The notes beneath the pieces were generated by a model. That model ran no database searches, was not told the origin of the DNA, and saw nothing but the letters and a program-made list of their open reading frames with translations. DNA of 64,000 nucleotides from Leptospira biflexa (GTDB lineage: Bacteria; Spirochaetota; UBA4802; UB4802), in the NCBI GenBank assembly GCA_020721905.1, contig DYLU01000001.1, positions 32,439 to 96,438 on the forward strand, written 5' to 3'. The position numbers were made by a program, and so were the translations under genes. The first letter of the stretch is position 1. Every line of letters begins with the position of its first letter. This document shows positions 20,119 to 30,406 of this stretch, piece after piece.

Positions 20119-20628
20119 TTATCGCTTCAGCCCTTCAAGGATAAGCCTTCGTGGCAAAGGAGGAATACGATTCTTTTCTACAAATTCATTTAACTTTTCA
20201 GGAGAAACAACTGCAGTTCCATCTTTCCATATAACATATATCCAATTATCCGGAGTATTGAAAGGTCTTCCTTTTACCATTGCCCATCCCTGTATAATCT
20301 GCTCATTTGTTAAAGCTTCCTGTAGGTGTGGGCAGAGTGCCTGTATATCTGCATCATTATCCGGGAAATAGCCATCATTGCCCCATATATATTTGCGCAT
20401 ATAAAAATTGTACGTTTTACCATCAACAATAACTGTCATAAAATTATCAGGCACCACATACCCATCCACCTTAAGATAACCACTGCGCGCCTCTGATCTT
20501 GTCCCTTTATTTGAATATTTTATCCAGTGTTCTATGTGGGGCTTTTTACTCTTCCCCATAGAAGAACCATTTGTAATAAATAAATATACACTCAAAAATA
20601 TCATTACAAAATATAATAATCTCTTCAT
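20119..20628 (-). CDS. Secreted hypothetical protein
   Basis: N-terminal signal/TM segment (LLYFVMIFLSVYLFI). No recognisable domain. Confidence 0.4.
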   Translation of the reverse strand: MKRLLYFVMIFLSVYLFITNGSSMGKSKKPHIEHWIKYSNKGTRSEARSGYLKVDGYVVPDNFMTVIVDGKTYNFYMRKYIWGNDGYFPDNDADIQALCPHLQEALTNEQIIQGWAMVKGRPFNTPDNWIYVIWKDGTAVVSPEKLNEFVEKNRIPPLPRRLILEGLKR

Positions 20629-20719
20629 AGACCCTCTTTACTGGTATTGTAGTATTTTCATAAATTAATTAAGTATAGATGGATTTTCAAGGCATAAAAA
20701 GAATCCATCTGCACTGTGT

Positions 20720-22255
20720 TTAATATTGATATATATTAAGATTATTTGAATCAGTGCCATTTGAAATATCAAACCAGCTATCTAAAAGCTCAAACCAATT
20801 TTCAACTGTATTATTGCCAGCTGTTGCACCATCCTTGCACCAGAAAAGATTGCCATAAACGCTGTAATAAGCCTGATAATTACTTAAATCCAGTGCATTA
20901 TACCACCATTGAATATACCAGTGACGAAATGAATTTCCTTCTATATCCACAGTAGCATCTCCATCAGGGAAGAAAATATGAACTCCACTTTTACCTGTTT
21001 CAAATCCAAATATATTAAAATTACTATTTGCAAACGAATACAACACCATTGCATCAACCGCATTCATAACATTTAACGCATCATTTTTGACTTCATCATT
21101 AAAATTTGTGCTTTCATTTATAGCTTTGGCAAGATTATAGAGATCAAAAAACGGAAATAGAATCCATTCATTTTCATCAGTTTCATCAAAATAATTCAGC
21201 AATGGAATAATACTTCCATAGCCACGTAGATTTTCCATGTCAACTTTTTCACTATTTAGCTTTTTAGCAAGGGAATCAACAGCATCTTTTACAGCCCTGA
21301 CCTTAGACAAATCAGAACATGTTAGTGATTGAGAACTGTCATATTTTGTGGAATCCCTTTGCTCTTCAACTATTATCGCTCCAAAAGTTTCTGCAGTCAA
21401 GGATGCTGGGTCATAGTATTTTTCCATCCCACCAAGAGTTTGGTCATCTTCACCATTATCTCCCGATTTTGCCTGTAATCTCTGGAAAATATTATAATAA
21501 TCCCATCCATCAGCACCTTCCGGCGGAGCAGATGCAATCATGTAATTAGCTTTAAATCCACTATTTGAACTATCATTCCTAAACTGATACGCAACCTCTA
21601 CTGATGACATTAAGCATGCATCAAATCCTAAAAGATCAACCGACTCAGCAGATGAAAGGACATTGCTAATCTCTCCCATATAAAGAGCATCATCATCATC
21701 TGTTTCATCAACGCATATTTCCTTGAATACATTAGTTTTTTGGGCTTTTTCATCAGTTAAAGACTTTTTTCTTGAACCTCCTCCGTGGTTTGAAAGTATT
21801 AAAGCGTAATGATCAGCTGGATAATTTGCCTTGCAAAATTGAATAAATTTTTTTAAAGTATTGGCATCACCCATATTTGCTTCATAATAGAAATTAGTTT
21901 GTATCTCTGGAAATTGTTCTCCTCCATCAAGCCTTTCCACGTTACCTGATGTTATACGGTAAAGTCTTGTATCTATAAAATTTTCGCCAAAAGTGCTTGA
22001 ATCGTTTGAATAAAAACCTCTGTCAAAAAGAACTATTAAATTTATACCTTGATCATTAACAAAGCCATCTTTCATTTCCTGTATATCTTCAAGAAGATAA
22101 GGCTCAAGGTTACAATCTGCATCACCGTAATACATTATAGTCCATTTGGCGCTGTTGGCATCATCAGAAGCGCCATTTGAGCATGATATAGCAAATGTCA
22201 TAATAAAGAACAAGAAACATGATAGTAATACATTACTCTTAAATATTTTTTTCAT
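20720..22255 (-). CDS. Clostripain-like cysteine peptidase (family C11) lipoprotein
   Basis: His-Gly (ALILSNHGGGS) and Asp-Ala-Cys (LLGFDACLMSS) catalytic dyad motifs characteristic of C11. Lipobox AISCSNG follows a signal peptide. Confidence 0.65.
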   Translation of the reverse strand: MKKIFKSNVLLSCFLFFIMTFAISCSNGASDDANSAKWTIMYYGDADCNLEPYLLEDIQEMKDGFVNDQGINLIVLFDRGFYSNDSSTFGENFIDTRLYRITSGNVERLDGGEQFPEIQTNFYYEANMGDANTLKKFIQFCKANYPADHYALILSNHGGGSRKKSLTDEKAQKTNVFKEICVDETDDDDALYMGEISNVLSSAESVDLLGFDACLMSSVEVAYQFRNDSSNSGFKANYMIASAPPEGADGWDYYNIFQRLQAKSGDNGEDDQTLGGMEKYYDPASLTAETFGAIIVEEQRDSTKYDSSQSLTCSDLSKVRAVKDAVDSLAKKLNSEKVDMENLRGYGSIIPLLNYFDETDENEWILFPFFDLYNLAKAINESTNFNDEVKNDALNVMNAVDAMVLYSFANSNFNIFGFETGKSGVHIFFPDGDATVDIEGNSFRHWYIQWWYNALDLSNYQAYYSVYGNLFWCKDGATAGNNTVENWFELLDSWFDISNGTDSNNLNIYQY

Positions 22256-22351
22256 AAATGCCCTCCATGATTACAGCTGAGCTGGGAAATATTTTCCATA
22301 CATAAAACAAACAGCAAGTAATTGTGTTATCTATTTATAACGACTTATTTA

Positions 22352-22982
22352 TTAAACCTCACTCAAACCATATTCTAAAGCATCAATAAATTCCGAAGTT
22401 ACATCAACACCATCAACGTATACGCTGCCATTATAGCTAAAACCGGATATTTCGTAAGTATTTGGATCTACTTCAAAGCTTATGTCAAGATTATCATATT
22501 GAAATGAACCTGTTTCTTTACCACTGAAATTAACTGTACCATTCAAAATCATTTGTTCAGATAATCCTGTAATTTGTCCTCCACTCCATTGCATTGTAAT
22601 AGTATAATTGTTCATTAAACATGCCATTTAATGTATAACCATCACTGGTATAATTGTTTAATGTTGCAACCATAGATATTTCAGATATCCATTCATTAGG
22701 ATTATCAGTATTAATGGACCCACTAATTTCAACTTCAAAACCTTGTTCAATTTGAATTGTTTCACTAGGAATTGGTATTACATCGCGTGATTGAATTGCT
22801 CTACTCACACTTCTATCTGATCTACTATAACCAGCTTCACCTTCACCCATAGCATTCATTGTGTTGAGTACATCCACCATTACATCAAACTTTGATTTTT
22901 CCTGAGAGCTGGTGATGTCACTACATCCTGAAAGCCACAGAGCAACAATAAAACTAACCGCAGTACAAACAATTTTTTTCAT
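22352..22982 (-). pseudogene. Lipoprotein gene split into two overlapping frames (22557-22982 and 22352-22627); possible frameshift or sequencing error
   Basis: The upstream ORF begins with a lipoprotein signal MKKIVCTAVSFIVALWLSGC. The downstream ORF continues 70 nt before the first stops, in another frame. Both share a similar NNYT(S/I) segment. Confidence 0.4.
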
Positions 22983-23245
22983 AAAACCTCCCTCATTTAT
23001 ATAATTTTGTAGGTATTAAATACGTGCAAGGATATAAAAAATTGTAATAAATAACAATGAGTAGTACCATAATTGATACACATTAAGCTTTTATTATTTT
23101 TTCACTTAAACCGCTTTGCTAATACACATACGTGCTTTCTTTATAAACAAATGAGCTGGGAAATCCCTACCTGCATTTCGATTATCACTTACAACAAATA
23201 GTTAATTTAGTCAAGCATTTTTTTATTTATTGTATTAAAATTATA

Positions 23246-25213
23246 TTATTTGTTTTTTTTAGTTCCAAATAATTCTTCAATAGCCAATTCTTTTAGTTTA
23301 GTAGCAGTTGGGCCGCCAGTTTCAGGTTCCCATCCGGTTATAACATACAATTCATTGAGCAGTTCATTAATGGGAACTGTAACCCCTTTTAATGGGCCTT
23401 CCTGTAGTGGTGGCTTGCCCTGTGCACGATCAGGGATAATTGTGTTCTTAACATATAATCCTTCCCGTACATTGAAAGCTTTTCGCATAGCAAGGATACG
23501 CTCACCGGTAGTTAAATACTCATCGGCAGGCAAATCCCATCCAGTCACTGCGTTAATATAATCAACCAGTGGTATTGAACCACTTAAAAAACCAAACTGG
23601 CACATACCACAGCCGTTAAAAAGATTGGCAAAATACATTGATGCTGCTGTCAGTGTTAAGCGTTTTGCAAAGCTACTGTTTGCAGTTTTCAGCATTTTCT
23701 TAACCCTGGGAAATTGCTTTTTAGTCCTGTACAGATGATTGTATAAATTTGATGCAATGGTATGGCGCCCTGGTGTTGCTTCAGAAGAATATGTAACAGC
23801 AAACCCATCATCCAGCCGGCTATCATGCATGGGAAGCTCCTGACCGCCGGCATGAATGGCAAAGCTTTCAGAACCTTTGCCTATTTTTTTAGCAGCACGC
23901 ATAACTCCATCAGCCAGTATGTTGCCAATTCCTTTCCTGTTAATTATCATCTCTGTTAATGCAAGTATGTCTTTAGCTTTGCCCCAGCCTAACTCCAATC
24001 CGCCCGTATCTTTCTTTGTTAATATCCCATGCTCATAGCATTCAATAGCAAATGCAACAGCAGTACCAGTAGATATGGTGTCAATACCAGCCCTGTTGCA
24101 TAATTCATTTATTTCCATTATTGTATCTAAATCATCAAGTAAAAGCATACCGCCAAAAGAACCCAGAGTTTCATATTCCGGCTTGTGTCCTTCAGTGCCC
24201 TTATATCTTCCGGCTTTTATGTCAACAATGCCACCACATCCAAGCGGACATGACTGGCATGCATATCGCTTCTTTTGATGTGCTACCACGCTTTCATCTG
24301 AAATTTTTTGAACACCTGGAAAATCTGAATACCCAACACCAGCCCAGTTTTTGATTGGCATATCACCGGTAAACGCAGAATACACTGTTGTTCCGCTTGT
24401 ACCATACCGTTTAAATATTTCACGTACTGTAGAAGGCTGTGTTGGTACCGATACTCTTGTCCGTGCTATAATCTGGCTTAAAAAATTCATCATATTGACT
24501 GTGGCTTTATCGATGGGACTGGTTGACTTAAAACCTGATAAAAATTTTTTATTAATTTCCTTTAAAACATCAGGTTTTGCAACCGGTATTTTCTTTGTTC
24601 CTTTTATGGCAATTGCCTTTAACTTCTTGCTTCCCATGACCGCGCCCAATCCACTGCGTGCAGCAATTCTTCCGTCATCGGTTACAATACCTGATATGAG
24701 CGATAGTTTCTCTGCAGCAGGCCCTATGCAGGCAACCTGATACTTATCATCTTTAAGTTCTTTTTTTATGAGTTCTTCTGTTTCAATAGCATCCTTCCCC
24801 CACAACTTTCTTGCATTTTTTATCTGTATTTTACCATCATCGATGACTATATATACCGGCGTTTTTGCCTTGCCGGTAACAAATAGTGCATCAAATCCGG
24901 CGCGCTTGATTTCTATGGAAAAGAACCCTCCGCAGTTACTATCGCCCCATCCTCCGGTTAATGGCGATTTACCAACCACCATAAACCTCCCGGCAAAATA
25001 CGCACCGGTACCGGTTAAAAGACCTGAACAAAATCCAAGTACGCTTTCAGGCGATAATGGATTGACTTTTGGCTTCTGCAATTGTGCAATAATGGCAGCA
25101 CCAAGGCCATAGCCTGCTAAATACTTTTTGTAAAAATCATCAGAAAGTTTTTTAATAGTGGATTTACCAGTAGACAAATTTATTATGACATATTGACCCA
25201 TATAACCGCCCAT
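23246..25213 (-). CDS. Aldehyde:ferredoxin oxidoreductase (tungsten-containing AOR family)
   Basis: AFOR_N-type N-terminus (VIINLSTGK...GGWGDSNCGGFF), 4Fe-4S ligand motif CQSCPLGC (CxxCxxxC), and the pterin-binding motif GIDTISTG. Confidence 0.85.
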   Translation of the reverse strand: MGGYMGQYVIINLSTGKSTIKKLSDDFYKKYLAGYGLGAAIIAQLQKPKVNPLSPESVLGFCSGLLTGTGAYFAGRFMVVGKSPLTGGWGDSNCGGFFSIEIKRAGFDALFVTGKAKTPVYIVIDDGKIQIKNARKLWGKDAIETEELIKKELKDDKYQVACIGPAAEKLSLISGIVTDDGRIAARSGLGAVMGSKKLKAIAIKGTKKIPVAKPDVLKEINKKFLSGFKSTSPIDKATVNMMNFLSQIIARTRVSVPTQPSTVREIFKRYGTSGTTVYSAFTGDMPIKNWAGVGYSDFPGVQKISDESVVAHQKKRYACQSCPLGCGGIVDIKAGRYKGTEGHKPEYETLGSFGGMLLLDDLDTIMEINELCNRAGIDTISTGTAVAFAIECYEHGILTKKDTGGLELGWGKAKDILALTEMIINRKGIGNILADGVMRAAKKIGKGSESFAIHAGGQELPMHDSRLDDGFAVTYSSEATPGRHTIASNLYNHLYRTKKQFPRVKKMLKTANSSFAKRLTLTAASMYFANLFNGCGMCQFGFLSGSIPLVDYINAVTGWDLPADEYLTTGERILAMRKAFNVREGLYVKNTIIPDRAQGKPPLQEGPLKGVTVPINELLNELYVITGWEPETGGPTATKLKELAIEELFGTKKNK

Positions 25214-25454
25214 ATATCACCTCCAGATTTTTCTATTATGACAGGAATTTAAATATAAATGAATTAATTTTACAAGAAGAATTTTGTATTGAAAAAATTA
25301 TTTTTACAATGATCGTTTGGTGATTTTAACAATATTTTTTTATATACATCCTATACTTTTGATAGATCATTCTTGCACAACATATTATTGCTTTAATAAT
25401 TAATACATAACCATCCGATATTATATTACAGAAATATAAACCCGTAGCTCATGC

Positions 25455-25478
25455 AAAAAAAAGGGGATCCCTTTTTTT
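25455..25478. terminator. Palindromic bidirectional terminator (A8-GGGGATCCC-T7)
   Basis: A-run and T-run flank a GC core. Located directly downstream of the outer membrane protein gene on the minus strand. Confidence 0.6.
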
Positions 25479-25556
25479 GGAATCCCAAATTCAATCACTC
25501 CATAAATCTACGGTATAACGTAGATATAATAGGGGGCTGGAATAACAGCTATGAAA

Positions 25557-26753
25557 TTAAATTTTATAACCTACCTGAACTCCGATGACATTCCTATCTT
25601 TGTTAAGCTTTTGGGTTGCAATCTTGCCTTCCATAAAGAACGTATATGAATATGACAGCCCTACATTAAGATTTTCATCAATACTATACGCACCTCCTAT
25701 CCCTATAGCAATCTCATCAAGTGCCGGATTAGCGTCGTTTGACGGACCAACATAATCATCCTTTGTACCTTTATAAGCATACTGCAGCCCTAAACTAAAA
25801 CGCAACTGTGGATTCAAATACTGCGTTAAAGCTAACATGTATATTATGTCATTATCATAATCATCTTCTGCACCTTCCCAATCTGCCTGGTTATTGAAAA
25901 TATAATTTACCTGTAATGCTATTATAGTACCAGTCACGGGCATACCAGCAACAGTCAATGTTGCCATCGCAGGAAGGTCTTCCCGTACTTTTTCACCATC
26001 TTCTGCTTCCAACACTGCTTCAGCTAATGCATTTGGGTGTGTTGCCTTCTGGTCTATTTCAAATTCCCTTTTAACTGCAGTTGCATAGGTCAGGCCAATA
26101 AGCCATCCATGTGTTGGAACAACATTAAACCCAATAACACCGCCAAAACCATTGGCAGTTTCTGTTGTTTCCTGTGATGCATCACCCGGATTTAACACAG
26201 TGCCATCCCACTTAGAAGTTGTTTCTGATATGACATACCTGCCGCCAAGAGCAACCGAAAACATGTCATTTATTTTATACGAACCACCTAATGTTACGTT
26301 ATATGTTGCAGACTCAGCCTCAAGGGAAACATTGGTTACACCAACTGCCGCTACTACAGCATTAACAACTGCAGTTCCATCATCCCACTTTAAGCTTGCA
26401 AATGGTGCTCCATCCAGTACATTAAAATATACAAATCCTGCAAACTCTGCCTGTTTGTATGTAACTGCTATTGAAGGAACAGCCCAGGCATTTACTGATC
26501 CTTCATAGGTAGTACCATTTTTCTCTTCAATACTATCTAAAACCGTAAGGTTACTCACATTAATGTAAATTCCATCTTTCAGCCATGCAGTGCTGGCAGG
26601 ATCATACATTGCTGTTTCATCACCGGTGTTGTCGTTCATACCAGCTACGTGTTTTGCCGTATAATGACTGGACATGACAATACCATTTGCATAAGCAAAT
26701 GTGCACATACCTACAACACCCAGTGCTACTATTAAAACTAAAAGTTTCTTCAT
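25557..26753 (-). CDS. Outer membrane beta-barrel protein (porin-like)
   Basis: Signal peptide MKKLLVLIVALGVVGMCTFAYA. The body alternates hydrophobic beta-strand pattern with Gly/Tyr-rich stretches, and the C-terminus is aromatic (VGYKI). Start chosen at 26753, which has a GGAGGT SD 8 nt upstream; the ORF-track start at 26768 has none. Confidence 0.6.
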   Translation of the reverse strand: MKKLLVLIVALGVVGMCTFAYANGIVMSSHYTAKHVAGMNDNTGDETAMYDPASTAWLKDGIYINVSNLTVLDSIEEKNGTTYEGSVNAWAVPSIAVTYKQAEFAGFVYFNVLDGAPFASLKWDDGTAVVNAVVAAVGVTNVSLEAESATYNVTLGGSYKINDMFSVALGGRYVISETTSKWDGTVLNPGDASQETTETANGFGGVIGFNVVPTHGWLIGLTYATAVKREFEIDQKATHPNALAEAVLEAEDGEKVREDLPAMATLTVAGMPVTGTIIALQVNYIFNNQADWEGAEDDYDNDIIYMLALTQYLNPQLRFSLGLQYAYKGTKDDYVGPSNDANPALDEIAIGIGGAYSIDENLNVGLSYSYTFFMEGKIATQKLNKDRNVIGVQVGYKI

Positions 26754-27303
26754 AAAATAAACCTCCAATTATTTTAGTTATTTTTACCGCAATGCGGTTT
26801 ACATCCCTTTATAAACGCGGAACATAATAAATTTTATAAATTTCGTTTATACGATAACAAGTATAAGCTATTAATGTTCATACATTAATTTAATTAATGT
26901 ATATTCATTAATATGTCAACCATTATTTTTTTATTTATATCAATTTATAAAATTAATTTTATTTATCATAAATTGATTTTTGTTTAGTATCTGTTTATAT
27001 ATTAATGGCTAACATCTTTTCTAAATTTTATTACATTAATAAAAATAATTATTACTTATCTTTTTTAATAAATAATATTACTTAAAAAATTTTCCAATAC
27101 ACTAATTCAGCTAAAATAAAGTAAATTTCATACCACCATTTAAACCTGGATTAATTTTTTAATTTATAAGTTATTCGATAGAAAATTAATAATTGAGTTT
27201 TTTTAATTTTTAGTATTTTTTACTTGACTTTTAAGCAATTTAGTATATATTTAATTTATAAAGTATGATTTTTTTTATCCTTAGTTAATCAGGGAAAATT
27301 ACT

Positions 27304-27375
27304 ATGAAAGCAAACACCTATTGTATAGATACTCATTGTTCTTACTGGAGAAATGTTGAAGATCTTTATTCATAA
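27304..27375 (+). CDS. Possible small Cys-containing peptide (23 aa, MKANTYCIDTHCSYWRNVEDLYS)
   Basis: Short ORF with AGGGAAA 8 nt upstream of ATG, inside a 780-bp AT-rich intergenic region. No homology support. Confidence 0.15.
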   Translation: MKANTYCIDTHCSYWRNVEDLYS

Positions 27376-27484
27376 TTAGTAGCAAAGAATGGAAATTTAA
27401 GAAATAAGATTTTTGGTTCCAGAAGTTTTATAGCTGCAGAGTAACCGCATACGAGCAGACCATAGAAGCCTCAGTTGTAACAAT

Positions 27485-27516
27485 AAAAAAGGCTGGCAAT
27501 ATACCAGCCTTTTTTA
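27485..27516. terminator. Bidirectional rho-independent terminator (A6-GGCTGG-loop-CCAGCC-T6)
   Basis: Read directly from the sequence. Immediately downstream of the minus-strand gene 27547-28023. Confidence 0.75.
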
Positions 27517-27546
27517 TATAATTCATTATTGTAACGTAACTACTGT

Positions 27547-28023
27547 CTATGCTATTGCTTTAGCATTTTCATTTTCTATTTTGTCAATAAGTTTAAGATA
27601 ATATTCGTTGGTAAAAAACTTGTACATGCTAATCCTTGAATCTTCAAATGCGTGCAATATTTTTTTATACTGACTCTCCTGGTTTTCATCACCAATACAT
27701 ATACCGTGCCTTTTACCATATCCGCACTTTACACATATAGGATTTTTCAGAGCTTTATAGCATCCATTATGTTCATATCCGTAATAATGGCAAAATGGAC
27801 ACAATTCGTAACGCAAACCCGAACAATTCAACTTGAAAATATTGTGTTTAATCTTTTCCCATACTTTTGCTGCTTCTTCATTGGTCCAGGATTTGATTTC
27901 TTGCTCGTCGCCCTCATTAAAATACCAGTTACCTGGTACATTTAACTCTTTTTCCATACGATTAGCTTTAGACTTCATGAAATCAACAATTGCTTGCTGG
28001 AAATTGAGTGATTTTTGTTTCAT
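27547..28023 (-). CDS. Cys-rich hypothetical protein (putative zinc-binding; CPFCH...GC...CVKCG...GIC)
   Basis: 158 aa with a cluster of 8 Cys and several His in a ~45-aa core. No recognised family. Confidence 0.45.
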   Translation of the reverse strand: MKQKSLNFQQAIVDFMKSKANRMEKELNVPGNWYFNEGDEQEIKSWTNEEAAKVWEKIKHNIFKLNCSGLRYELCPFCHYYGYEHNGCYKALKNPICVKCGYGKRHGICIGDENQESQYKKILHAFEDSRISMYKFFTNEYYLKLIDKIENENAKAIA

Positions 28024-28223
28024 AACAATATCCCTTTTATTGTATTCTGCAAATTATATATCTCACTTTTAATATATCTATCTGACTTATACATTCAAAT
28101 CCATCAGGATAAAAATACATCAAAAGAATATATTAATTTGCAGTACCTACTTCAGTTTAATAAAGTATAACCATTCGGTATTTTTTCAAGTAATTTTTTA
28201 TAAAAATAATAAATATTTAGGTT

Positions 28224-28679
28224 TCAGAGCCTTGCTATTGTTTCTTCATTCTCTGTTATAATTAATTCAATAATATAGTCAATACTTTTTTGTACTGATA
28301 CACTCAACACATCCCCCACAGCCACATTCTCAGGTTGAATCCCTATAAAAGTGATATTTGCTGTAATCTCTTTCAATTTCTGCAAGAGTATTCCAAACGG
28401 CATACTATGCGTTGCAACAATACCCGAGTGGATTTTAGAAATATCTATAATCCTTACCTCTCCGGGGGATAGCGCCACATCACAAGCATCAACAATGATA
28501 AGCTTCTGCACATCTTTTCGCTTAATTACCCCAATGAAATTCTCTGGCATAAACTCAGCGTCAATGCTGCAAACCCCCATGTTGGATAATCTTTGAGCAA
28601 TGACACTTCCCGCCATATCATCACTGCGCAAATGATTACCAATACCAAGGACCAATCTTTTGCACTGTTTATTTTTCAT
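28224..28679 (-). CDS. Hydrogenase maturation protease (HycI/HyaD/HybD family)
   Basis: Family signature LVLGIGNHLRSDDMAGSVIA (GxGNxxxxDDGxG). 151 aa. Confidence 0.7.
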   Translation of the reverse strand: MKNKQCKRLVLGIGNHLRSDDMAGSVIAQRLSNMGVCSIDAEFMPENFIGVIKRKDVQKLIIVDACDVALSPGEVRIIDISKIHSGIVATHSMPFGILLQKLKEITANITFIGIQPENVAVGDVLSVSVQKSIDYIIELIITENEETIARL

Positions 28680-28681
28680 CA

Positions 28682-28761
28682 GTAACTATCGCCTAAACTT
28701 TTTTAATATTTTACTTGCATTAAAAAGCTTTGCAAGTTTTATTTTTGCAAGCGATAGTTAC
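28682..28761. promoter_or_regulatory. Nested palindromes in a divergent promoter: GTAACTATCGC...(CTTGCA-N11-TGCAAG)...GCGATAGTTAC
   Basis: An inverted pair of the window-wide over-represented motif sits 57 bp apart and brackets a second inverted repeat. One copy directly abuts the ATG of the hydrogenase-protease gene. Confidence 0.5.
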
Positions 28762-28776
28762 TAAAGGATTATTTCA

Positions 28777-29976
28777 ATGATTACAAAAGGCTTAATTGAA
28801 AAAATTTTTCAGGCAGCAAGCATACAGCGGTGGAATGACCACGTGCGCCCAACAGAACTTACTGAGATTGACAAACAGTCGCATAAGATGATTATTGCCT
28901 ATACCATTGCCAGGTTTCAGGAAGAAGAAAAACCCGGTAGTATAAACTGGCAATTGTTAATTGAAGGCGGTATTATTGAACTGTTACATAGAGTGATAGT
29001 TACTGACATCAAACCCCCGGTGTTTCACAAAATAATGAAAGAAAAGGGCAAAGAACTTAATGAATGGGTATTCAATCAACTGGAAGCTGATATTGCGCCC
29101 ATTAAAGGTAACTTTTTGCACACATGTAAAAAATATTTATTTGACGATACCTTTGCTGCTTTTGAAAAAAAGATTTTACAGGCTTCACACTACCTGGCTA
29201 CAAACTGGGAATTTCAGATTATCTACCATTCCAACAAATTCATCTATGGGATTGAACACACAAAAGCCGAAATAGAAAACCAGATTGAGTATCATATTGA
29301 CCTTACCGGCGTGCAAAAAATTCTACTGCATCGCAGTATTTCAGGATTTATAAATCTTTGCGGCCAATTGCGATTTCAGCAGCGATGGGCGCAAACACCC
29401 CGTATCCCAAAAACATCAGTTCTGGGACACATGTTCATTGTTGCAATACTATCGTATTTTTGCTCAAAAGAACTTGGCGCATGCAACAAGCGTGTGTATA
29501 ATAATTTCTTTGCATCATTATTCCATGATCTGCCTGAAGTGCTTACCCGTGATATTGTTTCGCCCATCAAGCGCTCAATACAGGGATTGGATGAACTTAT
29601 TAAGCAGTATGAAATCAGCGAAACAAACAATCGTATCTTCCCGCTAATTCCACAAAACTGGCATGACGAAATACGCTACTATATATTTGATGAATTTGAA
29701 AACAAAATCTGGAAAAACAACTCCATTATAAAAGGACTATTGCCTGAGGACATCAACACAAACTACAATCATGACATGTATAATCCCCTGGATGGAACAA
29801 TGTTAAAAGCCTGCGACGACTTTGCTGCATTTTTAGAAGCGTCCTTTTCAATAAATTACGGGGTAAAACCCAAAGCCCTGGAATTTGCAAAACGCAATAT
29901 TTACAATAAGTATAAACGCAATAATCCTAAACTTGGTGATATGGAATTTATTATACTATTTGATTATTTTAATTGA
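28777..29976 (+). CDS. Tandem HD-domain protein (YfbR-like 5'-deoxynucleotidase fold x2; the N-terminal copy is degenerate with HD replaced by HR)
   Basis: The C-terminal half has H(MFIVA)...LFHDLPEVLTRDIVSPIK, matching YfbR MYHDASEVLTGDLPTPVK. The N-terminal half has the same spacing but LLHRVIVTDIKPPV. Confidence 0.55.
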   Translation: MITKGLIEKIFQAASIQRWNDHVRPTELTEIDKQSHKMIIAYTIARFQEEEKPGSINWQLLIEGGIIELLHRVIVTDIKPPVFHKIMKEKGKELNEWVFNQLEADIAPIKGNFLHTCKKYLFDDTFAAFEKKILQASHYLATNWEFQIIYHSNKFIYGIEHTKAEIENQIEYHIDLTGVQKILLHRSISGFINLCGQLRFQQRWAQTPRIPKTSVLGHMFIVAILSYFCSKELGACNKRVYNNFFASLFHDLPEVLTRDIVSPIKRSIQGLDELIKQYEISETNNRIFPLIPQNWHDEIRYYIFDEFENKIWKNNSIIKGLLPEDINTNYNHDMYNPLDGTMLKACDDFAAFLEASFSINYGVKPKALEFAKRNIYNKYKRNNPKLGDMEFIILFDYFN

Positions 29977-30010
29977 TATTGTCCCTGATGTAAGGGATTT
30001 GTAAACAATA

Positions 30011-30406
30011 ATGAAAACAACGATAAAAAATATATTTTTTGATTTACGAGATACTATTGGTGCTTTTTTTGTTGCACTAAAGTCACCTGATGTTTCGTTG
30101 CTATCCAAAATTTTAATTGTAATAGCTATTGCTTATGCACTATCGCCAATAGACCTTATACCTGACTTTATCCCATTTGCCGGCTACATTGATGATGCCA
30201 TTATTGTGCCTTTTTTAGTTTTCATAGCCATTAAAAGTATACCAAAACCTATATATGAAGAATGTAAACAAAAAGCAAGTTTAAGCTTCAAAAAGGGCAT
30301 AGGTTTTATTGCATTGGGTATACTTATGGTACTTTTACTCTGGGGAATAGTTGGTTTTGCACTATATGCATTATTCTCATTTGCCCTGCGTCTATTGCGG
30401 TTATGA
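30011..30406 (+). CDS. DUF1232 (YkvA-like) membrane protein
   Basis: Signature YALSPIDLIPDFIPFAGYIDDAIIVP. Confidence 0.7.
   Translation: MKTTIKNIFFDLRDTIGAFFVALKSPDVSLLSKILIVIAIAYALSPIDLIPDFIPFAGYIDDAIIVPFLVFIAIKSIPKPIYEECKQKASLSFKKGIGFIALGILMVLLLWGIVGFALYALFSFALRLLRL

Noticed and set aside
25455-25478. BamHI-site palindrome AAAAAAAAGGGGATCCCTTTTTTT as a possible cloning junction or artefact
   Set aside because: The surrounding sequence is continuous and gene-consistent, and the element is positioned exactly as a terminator after the porin-like gene. It is treated as a natural bidirectional terminator.
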